Source of the DNA: an uncultured Mageeibacillus sp.
Lineage (GTDB): Bacteria > Bacillota > Clostridia > Saccharofermentanales > DTU023
Assembly: GCA_964346695.1 (NCBI GenBank)
Contig: CAYFVK010000001.1
Location: forward strand, 88,601-142,140
Direction of reading: 5' to 3'
Length of the DNA stretch: 53,540 nt
The notes below the pieces were generated by a model that saw only the letters and a list, made by a program, of their open reading frames with translations, searched no databases and had not been told where the DNA came from. A program made the position numbers and the translations under genes. This document shows, piece after piece, positions 17,419 through 27,245 of the stretch (position 1 is the first letter of the stretch; each line of letters starts with the position of its first letter).

Positions 17419-18432
17419 ATGAAAAAACATTTTTTATTTGTGTTTAGTAATCGTTATGGTCAGGTTGAACCTGAATTATTATCATCTTTGGAAAAATATA
17501 AACATGATCATCCTAATTTCATTATTGAGCATGTAGTCACTCAGCATGCCAGACATTCTGAACAGATTATTCGAAGTTTTGCTCAGAAGTATCCTGATTC
17601 AATTATTGTGGTTGCCGGAGGTGACGGCAGTTTGAACGAAGCGGTAAATGTTATGATGCAATTGGACACAAATGCCGCCCTATGCCCTGTCCCCTATGGA
17701 ACTTCTAATGATTTTTGCAAATTACTATATAAGAAATTTAACTTTGATGACTTTTTGAAAGATTTAGAGTTTTATCAAATAAGTAAAATTGACCTGATCA
17801 AATTGGAAGGACAGTTAAGTTTGCTTGGTGCAGGTCCGGATACTGTTAACGCAAATCAAAATGAAATAATCGAATCTACCTATGTCTTAAATGTCGCGAG
17901 TTTGGGTTTGGATTCTGAAATTTTACGTTCGACCTTTCAATATATGGCGCGTTATCCCGCATTAAATACGAAAAGTTATTATTTAGCGATTTTAAAGCAT
18001 TTTATGACCAGAAAGCTAAAGACCTGGAATCTCACCTTCCGGTTTGATGATAAGAAAATTTCCTCAAATTGCCTCTTAGCTGCTTTTTGTAATGGCGGAT
18101 TTTACGGGAACGGTTTTAATCCTGCTCCGAATTGTATTTTGGATGACGGCAAATTAAACTATTGTATAGCTCCTGAATTTAATCATATTCACTTCGCAAA
18201 TTTATCCGTGAAATATAAAAAAGGCAAAATCATGGAAGATAAGAAAATCATGTCCGGTACATTCGAGAAGGTCAGAATCGTTTCCGATGACGGCAAGCCG
18301 GTTTTATCGAATTTTGACGGTATTCTTTTCGAGAGTTCCGATTATCAGATTTCTATTCGAAAGAAAGTGTTTCCTCTTGTTTACGTTGGAGAAATGGCCC
18401 AAAAACGTTTGCAGCAGCAACGCGATCATTGA
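17419..18432 (+). CDS. Diacylglycerol-kinase-family lipid kinase (YegS/BmrU-like)
   Basis: 337 aa. DAGK catalytic-domain motif VVAGGDGSLNEAVN, then PYGTSNDF. Confidence 0.8.
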   Translation: MKKHFLFVFSNRYGQVEPELLSSLEKYKHDHPNFIIEHVVTQHARHSEQIIRSFAQKYPDSIIVVAGGDGSLNEAVNVMMQLDTNAALCPVPYGTSNDFCKLLYKKFNFDDFLKDLEFYQISKIDLIKLEGQLSLLGAGPDTVNANQNEIIESTYVLNVASLGLDSEILRSTFQYMARYPALNTKSYYLAILKHFMTRKLKTWNLTFRFDDKKISSNCLLAAFCNGGFYGNGFNPAPNCILDDGKLNYCIAPEFNHIHFANLSVKYKKGKIMEDKKIMSGTFEKVRIVSDDGKPVLSNFDGILFESSDYQISIRKKVFPLVYVGEMAQKRLQQQRDH

Positions 18433-19055
18433 TTCTCTTTTAATATTTGCACAAAATTATAGACAAAAGAGGCAGTATAACCCCATAACACATATTTCCC
18501 GTATTTTTCCGGAAGATTATAAAACGGAATTTTGCGGTTTAACGCGTAAAATGGATAATCGACCCCTCCCCTTATCAACTCGAAGGGAAAATCACGGGAA
18601 GGATCCGCTTTAAGCGGTAGATCGTAGAAGGTCGGAGTTTCGCTCATAAAAAAATCCAAAGGCACGGTGTAAATCGCTTCGACTTCTTGTTGATTCAGGC
18701 GAATCCGATCGAGCGGGAAATTTTGCAAGATACCGACAAAACAATGCACAACATGCTGTTCGCTTGCCGTATAATCGATTTCGCCGATCAGTTTGATATA
18801 TTGAGACGGAATATGAAGTTCTTCCTCCGTTTCACGCAAAGCAGCTTCGGCAGGGCTTTCCCCTGCTTCTATTCCCCCTCCCGGGAAAGAGGTTTCGCCC
18901 GGCTGTCTGATCGTATGGCCGCGAACTTCAAACAGTATATGCAATTCACTCTCAACTTCCGTCAGTAGCAGTATAATTGCCGATTTTCTGGGATTGCCCT
19001 GCAGTTTCGGTTGATATTCGCGCATAATTTTGGAAATACTTTGTTCATTCAACAT
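18426..19055 (-). CDS. NUDIX hydrolase, CoA-pyrophosphatase-like
   Basis: 209 aa. Nudix box GGGIEAGESPAEAALRETEEELHI preceded by SFPGG. Starts 3 nt after the upstream permease stop. Confidence 0.8.
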   Translation of the reverse strand: MLNEQSISKIMREYQPKLQGNPRKSAIILLLTEVESELHILFEVRGHTIRQPGETSFPGGGIEAGESPAEAALRETEEELHIPSQYIKLIGEIDYTASEQHVVHCFVGILQNFPLDRIRLNQQEVEAIYTVPLDFFMSETPTFYDLPLKADPSRDFPFELIRGGVDYPFYALNRKIPFYNLPEKYGKYVLWGYTASFVYNFVQILKENQ

Positions 19056-19058
19056 ATA

Positions 19059-20021
19059 TTAACGCTTCCCTTTATCATAAATCTCACCTAAAGCTCTGGG
19101 CGCACGATTCGATCCGGAGAAGAAGATTAATAATAAGAGTGTTAAAATATAGGGCAAAGTCATTGTCAGATCGAGATAACTGCTGGAGAGTTTCAAGGCC
19201 TTGGCCAACGCGTTCCCGCCTGACCTGGCAAATCCGAAGATCAGACAGGCCAGAAAAGTAGGCATGATTTTCCAGTTGCCGAAAATCAAAGCGGCGATGG
19301 CCAAATAGCCGTATCCCATGTAAATCGCCGGTGAAAAATTAGCTGAAATAGAGTAAGCAAAACACATGCCGCCGATACCGGATAACGCGCCGGATATGAG
19401 GACGGCCTTAAACCGTACTCTTTCCACATTGATGCCGGCGGCGTCGACAGACTGAGGATTATCGCCGCAAGCTCTAAGATGCATACCGTAGCTTGTTTTA
19501 TATAAGATATACCAGAACAGGATCAACAAGATCACGATGATAATATTAAATAAATAAAAATTATTAAAAATCGCACCGATAACGGGGATGTCTTTTAAAA
19601 CAGGAATCGATTTTCTGGGAAATACTCCGATTTGAAATTTGTCAGAGGGTTGGTCAAAAAAGTTTTTGTTGATTTGCCTGGTTAAAAAACTGGTTAAAGC
19701 GAGGGATAATATGTTGATCACAACCCCGCTGATAACCTGATTGGCTTTGAAATTGATGCATAAGAGAGCGAATAAAGCCGCGTAAAGAGCGCCGCCTATG
19801 GCTGCAATCAATAAGGATAAGTAAATAGGAACCGGCGAATTGACGGCAAATAAATCGCCCAAAAAAACCATAAATAAGCCGCCGGTAAAAGCGCCGAAGC
19901 CGAGCAATCCTTCCAGTGCCAGATTCGTCACACCGCTGCGTTCACTGTATATCCCGCCAATCGCAATAATCAGCAAAGGGAAAGCAAAAGATAAACCGTC
20001 AATAATAATCGTATCCAACAT
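19059..20021 (-). CDS. ABC transporter permease (BMP/nucleoside-type importer, NupQ/YufQ-like)
   Basis: 320 aa polytopic protein, in an operon with the BMP lipoprotein and a double-NBD ATPase. Confidence 0.85.
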   Translation of the reverse strand: MLDTIIIDGLSFAFPLLIIAIGGIYSERSGVTNLALEGLLGFGAFTGGLFMVFLGDLFAVNSPVPIYLSLLIAAIGGALYAALFALLCINFKANQVISGVVINILSLALTSFLTRQINKNFFDQPSDKFQIGVFPRKSIPVLKDIPVIGAIFNNFYLFNIIIVILLILFWYILYKTSYGMHLRACGDNPQSVDAAGINVERVRFKAVLISGALSGIGGMCFAYSISANFSPAIYMGYGYLAIAALIFGNWKIMPTFLACLIFGFARSGGNALAKALKLSSSYLDLTMTLPYILTLLLLIFFSGSNRAPRALGEIYDKGKR

Positions 20022-20022
20022 T

Positions 20023-21156
20023 TTATCTGCCCTCTTTTCTGCTCAACATGCCGCTGAATTTCTGTTTCATATAACTGCTCATAGCAGAAAATAAAAGGAT
20101 GATTCCGCTGATCAGAGCCGCAATTTCCTGCTCAACGCCTGAGGTAGAACGCATATATGTACCACCTCTGGCGATGACAGTAATCAAAAATGAAGAAAAG
20201 ATAATTCCGATCGGGTTATTATTTCCCAAGAGAGATACCGCAATCGCGTCAAACCCTTCGGATGCCAAGGTATTAGGGAAAATCGAAGCGCGGTAGCCTA
20301 AATAATACGTGACGCCGGATAAGCCGGCCAGAGCGCCGGATAGCAGCATGACCAGCAGGACCTTTCTTTTCACGTTAATTCCGGCATATAGAGAAGCGTG
20401 CTTATTATAGCCGATAGCGGTAATTTCAAAACCCTGCGCCGTTCGGTTGATAAAAAAATGGATTAAAATGCACATCAAAATGGCGATCACAAAAAACATC
20501 GGAATCCGCATTTTGTATTCCGCTATTTCAACATTGATGAATGTTAATCTTGCCTGTTCGCCGATCACCTTTGACTGTCTGGAAATGGGATCAACAAACT
20601 TTGTATTGATAAAAAAACTGGTTACATACTGAAAAATATAATTCAGCATGATCGACGAAACAACCTCATTAATATTAAACTTAACTTTCAGAAAACCGAT
20701 TAATAATCCGACCGAAGCGCCGACCACAATGCCGATAAAAACAACCAGCGGCTTCGCCAGCCAAGGATTCATCTCCTTCGCGTAGCCGATCACAATCGTT
20801 GCTACGAAGCCGGAAGCTAACATTTGACCGGATACTCCGATATTGAACAGACCGCCCTTCATCGCGATCGCAACGGCTAATGCCGCGAAAAGCATCGGCG
20901 TCATCTTGTCCAGCGTTTCCATAAAATCAGTAATCTGACCTTGATAGGTCGCGTAATTATGTTTGGATATGACTCCGGCGCCCTGCAACAGGCCCTTGAA
21001 AGCGAGCCACGGATCCTGACCGAGTATGATGATAATCAGCGCTGATAATACTAAGCTGAGGAATACAGCAAAGAGTGGAATCATGATAAATTGATATTTG
21101 GGATCACCAAACAGGGTTAAGAATAAATGATCGTTTTTAACTCTGCGCTTATTCAT
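20023..21156 (-). CDS. ABC transporter permease (NupP/YufP-like)
   Basis: 377 aa polytopic protein. Adjacent to, and co-oriented with, the second permease and the ATPase. Confidence 0.85.
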   Translation of the reverse strand: MNKRRVKNDHLFLTLFGDPKYQFIMIPLFAVFLSLVLSALIIIILGQDPWLAFKGLLQGAGVISKHNYATYQGQITDFMETLDKMTPMLFAALAVAIAMKGGLFNIGVSGQMLASGFVATIVIGYAKEMNPWLAKPLVVFIGIVVGASVGLLIGFLKVKFNINEVVSSIMLNYIFQYVTSFFINTKFVDPISRQSKVIGEQARLTFINVEIAEYKMRIPMFFVIAILMCILIHFFINRTAQGFEITAIGYNKHASLYAGINVKRKVLLVMLLSGALAGLSGVTYYLGYRASIFPNTLASEGFDAIAVSLLGNNNPIGIIFSSFLITVIARGGTYMRSTSGVEQEIAALISGIILLFSAMSSYMKQKFSGMLSRKEGR

Positions 21157-22690
21157 TTTCCGCCACCCCCATCATAGCCTTACCGATCTCCTCTCTGGTG
21201 ATTTGATCCGCTTTAGCGATTTTTTGAATTTTACCATTATAAATGACACCGATGGTATCGGAACAAGCTATTATCTCATCCAGCTCTAAGGAAATCAGCA
21301 GTACGGCTTTCCCTTTATTGCGTTCTTCTATTATTTTTTCACGCATTGCCGTCGTCGCCCCGATATCGAGTCCGCGGGTCGGCTGAACGAAAATCAACAA
21401 TTTCGAGTCCAGCTCAATCTCTCTGCCGACAATCGCCTTTTGCTGATTTCCCCCGCTCATTGAGCGGACGATGGTCTTGCTGCCCTGCCCGGATCGAATA
21501 TCATAATCTTTGATCAAAGCAGCAGCGTGACGCTTGATATTCTCCTCATTCAATATTCCTTTTTGCGAGAACGGATCATGGTAATAGGATTTCAATACCA
21601 GATTTTTATCTAAGGGGTATTCTAATATCAGACCGTATTTTTGGCGATCTTCAGGTATATAGGAGACACCCGCCTCTGTTCTCTGACGCACGGAGAAATG
21701 GCTGATATCGCGCTTGTCAAGCAGGATCTGTCCACGCTCGATCGGCAAAATTCCGGCAATCGCGTCAGCTATTTCCATTTGACCGTTTCCCGAAACACCT
21801 GCCAGAGAAAAGATCTCTCCGGCATGAATGCTGAAAGAGACGTCTTCGACAATTCTTACATGTAAATCATTTTTCAAATATAGATTTTGTATTTCTAAAA
21901 TTGCTTCTCCCTGCACTTTAGGAGGTTTATCAATGTCAAAAGAGATATGTTTCCCGACCATCAAATTGGCCATTTGCTGAGTTGAAGTCGTCTCCACATC
22001 CAGAACATCTATCAGTTCCCCGTTTCGCAGGACGGCGCAGCGATCCGCGACGGCTTTAATTTCATCAAGCTTGTGACTGATCAAAATAATCGTTTTCCCG
22101 TCCGCTTTCAGATTTCTGATAATATCAAGAAGAAAACTGATTTCCTGCGGGGTCAACATGGCGGTCGGTTCATCGAAAATTAATATCTCGGCTTCCCGAT
22201 AAAGCATTTTCAAGATTTCGACTCTCTGCCGGGTTGAAACATTGATGTCTTCAATGACATCCGTCGGATTGACATCCAGACCGTATTTTTGAGAAAGCTC
22301 CTTGATTTTTTGATTAGTGCCTTTAATATCAACGTAAGGCAAACCCAAAAAACTTTTTTTCGGCTCCATTCCCAATACGATATTCTCCGTAATCGTGAAA
22401 TTTTCAACCAGCTTAAAGTGCTGGTGGACCATACCGATACTCAACTCCGTAGCATGACTCGGCGATTCAATTCTGGTCTTTTTCCCGCGAATAAAGATCT
22501 CACCTTCGTCCGGCTCGTACATACCGAACAAGATGCTCATTAATGTCGATTTGCCCGCGCCGTTTTCGCCGAGTAAGGCAAAAACCTCACCCTTTCTTAT
22601 GGCGAGACTGATATCATTATTAGCTATGATCCCGGGAAATCGCTTCGTTATATGGTGAAACTCGATGATATTTTCATATTTCTCAGACAT
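21149..22690 (-). CDS. ABC transporter ATP-binding protein with two fused NBDs (CUT2/BMP-type)
   Basis: Walker A GENGAGKST and a second GVSGNGQ; signatures LSVSTRQRVEI-like and MSGGNQQK; Walker B ILIFDEPT and LLIFVQPT. The track start (22699) is a GTG. The ATG at 22690 has GGAG 8 nt upstream. Confidence 0.9.
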   Translation of the reverse strand: MSEKYENIIEFHHITKRFPGIIANNDISLAIRKGEVFALLGENGAGKSTLMSILFGMYEPDEGEIFIRGKKTRIESPSHATELSIGMVHQHFKLVENFTITENIVLGMEPKKSFLGLPYVDIKGTNQKIKELSQKYGLDVNPTDVIEDINVSTRQRVEILKMLYREAEILIFDEPTAMLTPQEISFLLDIIRNLKADGKTIILISHKLDEIKAVADRCAVLRNGELIDVLDVETTSTQQMANLMVGKHISFDIDKPPKVQGEAILEIQNLYLKNDLHVRIVEDVSFSIHAGEIFSLAGVSGNGQMEIADAIAGILPIERGQILLDKRDISHFSVRQRTEAGVSYIPEDRQKYGLILEYPLDKNLVLKSYYHDPFSQKGILNEENIKRHAAALIKDYDIRSGQGSKTIVRSMSGGNQQKAIVGREIELDSKLLIFVQPTRGLDIGATTAMREKIIEERNKGKAVLLISLELDEIIACSDTIGVIYNGKIQKIAKADQITREEIGKAMMGVAENE

Positions 22691-22736
22691 CGTCTCCACT
22701 CCTACAAGAAATATAAAGATATTTTAACATATAAAT

Positions 22737-22774
22737 AAAAAAATAGGAGAATCTGTTTTTAATCAGATTCTCCT
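22737..22774 (-). terminator. Intra-operon intrinsic terminator/attenuator between the binding-protein and ATPase genes
   Basis: The minus strand reads AGGAGAATCTG-attaaaaa-CAGATTCTCCT followed by A-TTTTTTT: an 11-bp perfect stem plus a T7 tract. Confidence 0.7.
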
Positions 22775-22812
22775 GAATTATCTTAATAAAGAAATTATAT
22801 AAAAATTATGTA

Positions 22813-23991
22813 TTACAGTCCGGGGAATGACTCGACTGTGATTCCTTCACTGAAGTTCGAGGGCGGAACGATGCTGCCATCTTTCAAACCGGCTAAAGCC
22901 TCATCCAATTTAGCGATAGTTTCGTCTGACAGCTGATGACGTCCTTCTTCTTTTACATAGCTGACGGAATCGGTATCAGCGCCTAAAGTCACATTCTGAC
23001 CTTTGAAAGTGCCGTCAACAATAGCCTGTAATTGACGCTCCACGTTCAGATGCATAACCTTCAAGGCACTCGTCAAAACGATATTGGAATCTCCGTTGGC
23101 GCCATCGTCATACTGATCTACGTCACAACCGATAACCTTGGCTTTACCGTTCTCTTTCACAGCAGTAAAGACACCGTTGCCCGCGCCGCCGGCAGCAACC
23201 AACATAATGTCCACACCTTCAGCGAGTAAAGCCTCACCGACTTCTTTACCTTTTGCCTGATCAGCGAAATCACCGATATAGTTGCCGCCGACATCGGCAT
23301 CGGTCACATCGGTACCGGCATACTGAGCTAATTCAACTACTTCCGCGTTCGCGCCCAAATGTTTATTGGCATAAGCCACACCGGCTTCAAATCCATATTG
23401 ATAATTGACATTGCTCGGAAACGCGACGCCGTTTACCACAGCAACTTTTCCGGATTCAGTTTCCAGAGCGGCCGCAACGCCGGCTAAGAAACCGCCTTCC
23501 TGCTCTTTGAACTGCATAGCGTAAATATTATCATAAGCTGCTTCATCCTCACCGGCTTCCGCGTCGATCGGGAAAGTATCTACCAGGATAAACTTTTTGT
23601 CCGGATTATCTACAGCCGCCTGGGAAATGCCTGCGAATTGGAAACCCGGAGTTACAATGACATCATAGTCGCCGACCACGCTGGCAGCTGTGGGAACGGC
23701 ATTAGCTTCGTCTTCTTCTTTAATATCATCGACTGTGCTCTCAGGATTATTGGCGATAAAATTCTGAATGCCGATATAATTATCCTGATTGAAAGAACCA
23801 TCATCTACGCCGGACGGGCTGGAAACGATAACGATTTTCAACGCAGCCTTTTCGTTTTCCGCCGGCTGCTCAGCTTCCGTTTCATCAGACGGTGCTTCTG
23901 TTTTTCCGGTGTTATCATTACCGCCACAGGCAGCTACCGCACCCATGATCATAATTAATGATAAAAATAACGCAATTAATTTCTTTTTCAT
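22813..23991 (-). CDS. BMP-family (basic membrane protein / PnrA-TmpC-like) substrate-binding lipoprotein
   Basis: 392 aa. Lipobox signal peptide MKKKLIALFLSLIMIMGAVAAC|GG, an acidic linker, then a BMP fold (IVIVSSPSGVDDGSFNQ ... VIGCDVDQ). GGAGG RBS. Confidence 0.88.
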   Translation of the reverse strand: MKKKLIALFLSLIMIMGAVAACGGNDNTGKTEAPSDETEAEQPAENEKAALKIVIVSSPSGVDDGSFNQDNYIGIQNFIANNPESTVDDIKEEDEANAVPTAASVVGDYDVIVTPGFQFAGISQAAVDNPDKKFILVDTFPIDAEAGEDEAAYDNIYAMQFKEQEGGFLAGVAAALETESGKVAVVNGVAFPSNVNYQYGFEAGVAYANKHLGANAEVVELAQYAGTDVTDADVGGNYIGDFADQAKGKEVGEALLAEGVDIMLVAAGGAGNGVFTAVKENGKAKVIGCDVDQYDDGANGDSNIVLTSALKVMHLNVERQLQAIVDGTFKGQNVTLGADTDSVSYVKEEGRHQLSDETIAKLDEALAGLKDGSIVPPSNFSEGITVESFPGL

Positions 23992-24129
23992 TTTGTCCTC
24001 CTATGATCAAAATTAAATTAGAACCAACTTATATACTAATATATATTGCTAATTTATTAAATAGCTCATCTGCAAGTTTCAATATTTCCTGAGCTGTAAA
24101 CAGATAAGTGCAAGTCAGAAAGCAAAGTG

Positions 24130-25053
24130 TTATTCAAAAATGAATCCGGATTTAAAAGCTTTGGATGTAAAGGCATCTTGATAATTTTCCAATTTGTACA
24201 GTTCCGGGACGGGTAATTGAATCAACTTTCTTTCTATCGCCTGCAATGCCGGTTCAAATGGGCCGCAGCGGCTGCCGTGGATGTTGATTTCCCTTACCAC
24301 TACTTCACTGAAATCAAAGTTTGCTCTTTCCGCATAGGTGCTCTTAACGACAATATGACCGCGTGAGCGCACCAGTTTCAGTGCCTGCTTCACACCCTCA
24401 GGTGATCCGGTAGCGTCAATAACGATGTCAAAATCAGCATCGGTATTAATTGTAACAGCGGCAAAGGATTGAAAATTTTTCAACTTGAACCGATGTTTCC
24501 CGATGACAGTCAGTTTTGCTCCGGTCAAAACGACAACCTGTGCGATCAGATACGCTAAACGGCCATCGCCGATGATCGCGATTTCATGGGTCGGTTTAAT
24601 ATGAATCAGATTCGGAATTGAAAATGCGGCCGCTAACGGTTCCGTAAACATGGCGTCTGTTGTCGCGATAGAATCAGGGACTATGTGCAGCAGCTTCGTT
24701 TGGATTGTCATGTATTCAGCAAAGCAACCGTCGATGGACATACCGATAATTTTGCGATTTTGACAATGATTCGGCAAATTGTTTTGACAATAATAACACT
24801 TGCCGCAGCCCTCGTTCAGTTCCCCCACTACCCTCTTTCCGATCAGTTCAGGCTTGTCCGATTGTTCGACGATTCCGACAAATTCATGTCCTAAAATTCC
24901 CCGGAAATTTTTCTTATATCCTTTAAGAATCTCACGATCCGTATTGCAGATACCTGCAACTGATATTTTAATCAGGCTGTGCTCAGGAGTAAGAGAGGGA
25001 AAAATCAAATCGTCACGATACTGTAATTTTCGATCAAAATATAAGCCTTTCAT
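24130..25053 (-). CDS. Zinc-dependent medium-chain alcohol/polyol dehydrogenase family protein
   Basis: 307 aa. GICNTDREILKG...GHEFVGIVE (catalytic Zn), CGKCYYCQNNLPNHC (structural Zn), Rossmann IIGDGRLA. Its start overlaps the LacI stop by 4 nt. Confidence 0.8.
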   Translation of the reverse strand: MKGLYFDRKLQYRDDLIFPSLTPEHSLIKISVAGICNTDREILKGYKKNFRGILGHEFVGIVEQSDKPELIGKRVVGELNEGCGKCYYCQNNLPNHCQNRKIIGMSIDGCFAEYMTIQTKLLHIVPDSIATTDAMFTEPLAAAFSIPNLIHIKPTHEIAIIGDGRLAYLIAQVVVLTGAKLTVIGKHRFKLKNFQSFAAVTINTDADFDIVIDATGSPEGVKQALKLVRSRGHIVVKSTYAERANFDFSEVVVREINIHGSRCGPFEPALQAIERKLIQLPVPELYKLENYQDAFTSKAFKSGFIFE

Positions 25054-26066
25054 CTGGTGGTTCCTCTCACAATCAGTTCCGGTCTCAAGAGTATTCTGGC
25101 GGGATTTCTGATAAGCTTCTCCTCTTCGGAGGCCGGATTTTCGACAAAGTCAATCTGATCGATTAATAATGCGACAGCTTTTTTCCCCATTTCATCTCGG
25201 GGCTGAGAAATGGTGGTTAAGTTGATCATGGGCAAACCGGAATAATATAGATCATCATAACCGACGATGCCGAATTCCTGCGGTATTTTGATCTTGTTCT
25301 CATATAAATATTCCATCACACCCAAGGCGATATAGTCATTTCCGCAAAATACGGCATCCGGTTTAATCCTGCTTTTTTCGATTAATTTTTTGATCCGGTC
25401 ATAGCCGCTTTTCAAGTCAAAACCGCCATAACTGATTAATTCTTCTTTGACCTCAATCTGATGTTCCTGCAGGGTTCTCTGATACGCCAAAAGCCGCAGC
25501 TGATTTGCAGGCGAGGTGCCGGCTCCCCCCAAGTAAGCGATATTGCGATATCCTCTTTCGATGAGATAACCGGTCGCCAACTGACCGCCTGCATCATGAT
25601 CCATGTCGATAAAATCTGTTTGATCCTGATTGGGATGCCAGAACACAACTAAAGGAACTCGAATCGAGTCAAAGGTTCCCGGCTTATAGAAAGCGGTCGG
25701 CTTAATGATAATACCGGCTACTTGCTGGCTCTGCATATGTTCGAGCATCGTATTTTCACGCTGCACGTTCCAGCCGGTATTGCAAATGGTGACCATATAG
25801 CCCGCAGCATTTGCCGCTTCGGTAATCGACCGGGCAATGTCGGCAAAAAAAGGATTGGAAACATCAGGCACTATTAAAGCAATATTATTGCTTTTCTGTT
25901 TTACAAGATTTTGGGCTATCATATTGGGGCGATATCCCATGGACTTGGCTAATTCCAGTATGCGTTTTTTGGTATTGGCATTAACGTCACTCTTATCATT
26001 CAACGCTCTGGAAACCGTCGCATAAGAAACTCCGGCTTTTTTCGCAATATCTTTAATCGTTACCAT
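25050..26066 (-). CDS. LacI-family transcriptional regulator
   Basis: 338 aa. N-terminal HTH MVTIKDIAKKAGVSYATVSRALN and a periplasmic-binding-protein-like effector domain. Confidence 0.92.
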   Translation of the reverse strand: MVTIKDIAKKAGVSYATVSRALNDKSDVNANTKKRILELAKSMGYRPNMIAQNLVKQKSNNIALIVPDVSNPFFADIARSITEAANAAGYMVTICNTGWNVQRENTMLEHMQSQQVAGIIIKPTAFYKPGTFDSIRVPLVVFWHPNQDQTDFIDMDHDAGGQLATGYLIERGYRNIAYLGGAGTSPANQLRLLAYQRTLQEHQIEVKEELISYGGFDLKSGYDRIKKLIEKSRIKPDAVFCGNDYIALGVMEYLYENKIKIPQEFGIVGYDDLYYSGLPMINLTTISQPRDEMGKKAVALLIDQIDFVENPASEEEKLIRNPARILLRPELIVRGTTR

Positions 26067-26090
26067 AATCTGACTTTCCGAAATAATTTA

Positions 26091-27173
26091 TTAAATAAAT
26101 CCTTGTTTTACCAATAATTCGGCGGTTAAAATCGCGCCTCCCGCCGCACCTCTGATGGTATTATGCGATAAACAGGCGAATTTATAATCAAAGATAGGGT
26201 CTTCTCTCAGACGGCCGATCGATACGCCGAAACCTCTGCCGAACATAGCGTCCAGCCTTTGTTGCGGACGATCGTCTTCCGTTAAATACTGTAAAAAAGG
26301 CTGCGGAGCAGACGGCAAATCAAATTCTGCGATTTTACTTTTATAATTTAACCAGGTATCGATGATTTCTTCCTGTGTCGGCTTCTTCTCGAATTCAACC
26401 GCTACGGCTGCCATATGACCGTCCTGTACCGGCACGCGATAACATTGAGCGGAAATTACGGGTTCGGCCGCTAATTCGATCCCATCTTCATTATCATTCA
26501 GTTTCCCCCATACTTTCAGGGGTTCCTTTTCAGATTTTGCCTCTTCGCCGCCAATATAAGGAATGATATTCCCATTAATTTCCGGCCATTCCGCCAATGT
26601 TTTACCGGCTCCGGAAACCGCCTGATAAGTGCAGACATGGATTTTTTTGATGCCGAAGCTCTTTAACGGCGTGAGAGCCGGCACATAGCTTTGGATAGAG
26701 CAATTCGGCTTAACGGCTATGAATCCCCTCTCGGTTCCCAGACGTTTTTTCTGAGCGACGATCAATTTTGTATGCTCCGGATTTACTTCGGGAATAATCA
26801 TCGGAACATCTTCTGTCCAGCGATTCGCGGAATTATTCGAGATGACCGGTATTTCAAGCTCGGCGATGGATTCTTCAAGTTCGATCAGAGCTTGCTTCGG
26901 CATATCGACAGCACAGAAAACAAAATCTAATTCCCCGACATGATTTTTTATAGTGGAAGTATCTTCAATCACAAAATTCTTAACCTGTTCGGGCACGGGT
27001 TCAGAGATTTTCCATCTTTCCCGCATCAGATCACCATATTTACGGCCCGCTGATTTGGCGGAGGCAAAAATACTTTTTACTTCAAACCAGGGATGATTTT
27101 CCAACAAAGTTATAAATCTTTGGCCGACATATCCGGTTCCGCCGATAATTCCCACTCTATATTTACGATTCAT
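26091..27173 (-). CDS. asd: Aspartate-semialdehyde dehydrogenase
   Basis: About 360 aa. GGTGYVGQ NAD(P) motif, active-site KPNCSIQ, C-terminal SHNTIRGAAGGAIL. The track start is a TTG at 27176, immediately followed by an ATG at 27173. Confidence 0.9.
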   Translation of the reverse strand: MNRKYRVGIIGGTGYVGQRFITLLENHPWFEVKSIFASAKSAGRKYGDLMRERWKISEPVPEQVKNFVIEDTSTIKNHVGELDFVFCAVDMPKQALIELEESIAELEIPVISNNSANRWTEDVPMIIPEVNPEHTKLIVAQKKRLGTERGFIAVKPNCSIQSYVPALTPLKSFGIKKIHVCTYQAVSGAGKTLAEWPEINGNIIPYIGGEEAKSEKEPLKVWGKLNDNEDGIELAAEPVISAQCYRVPVQDGHMAAVAVEFEKKPTQEEIIDTWLNYKSKIAEFDLPSAPQPFLQYLTEDDRPQQRLDAMFGRGFGVSIGRLREDPIFDYKFACLSHNTIRGAAGGAILTAELLVKQGFI

Positions 27174-27245
27174 CAAATGTAAACCTCCCGTAATTAATAT
27201 TTACTCTATTTTAGCATATAATTATACCAAGAAAGCAGGGAACAT

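Noticed and set aside
22785-22820. dif-like sequence (..aaattatgtattac..) near the BMP gene stop
   Set aside because: Only about 7 of 11 positions of the XerD arm match the Firmicutes dif consensus, there is no convincing XerC arm, and it overlaps a stop codon.
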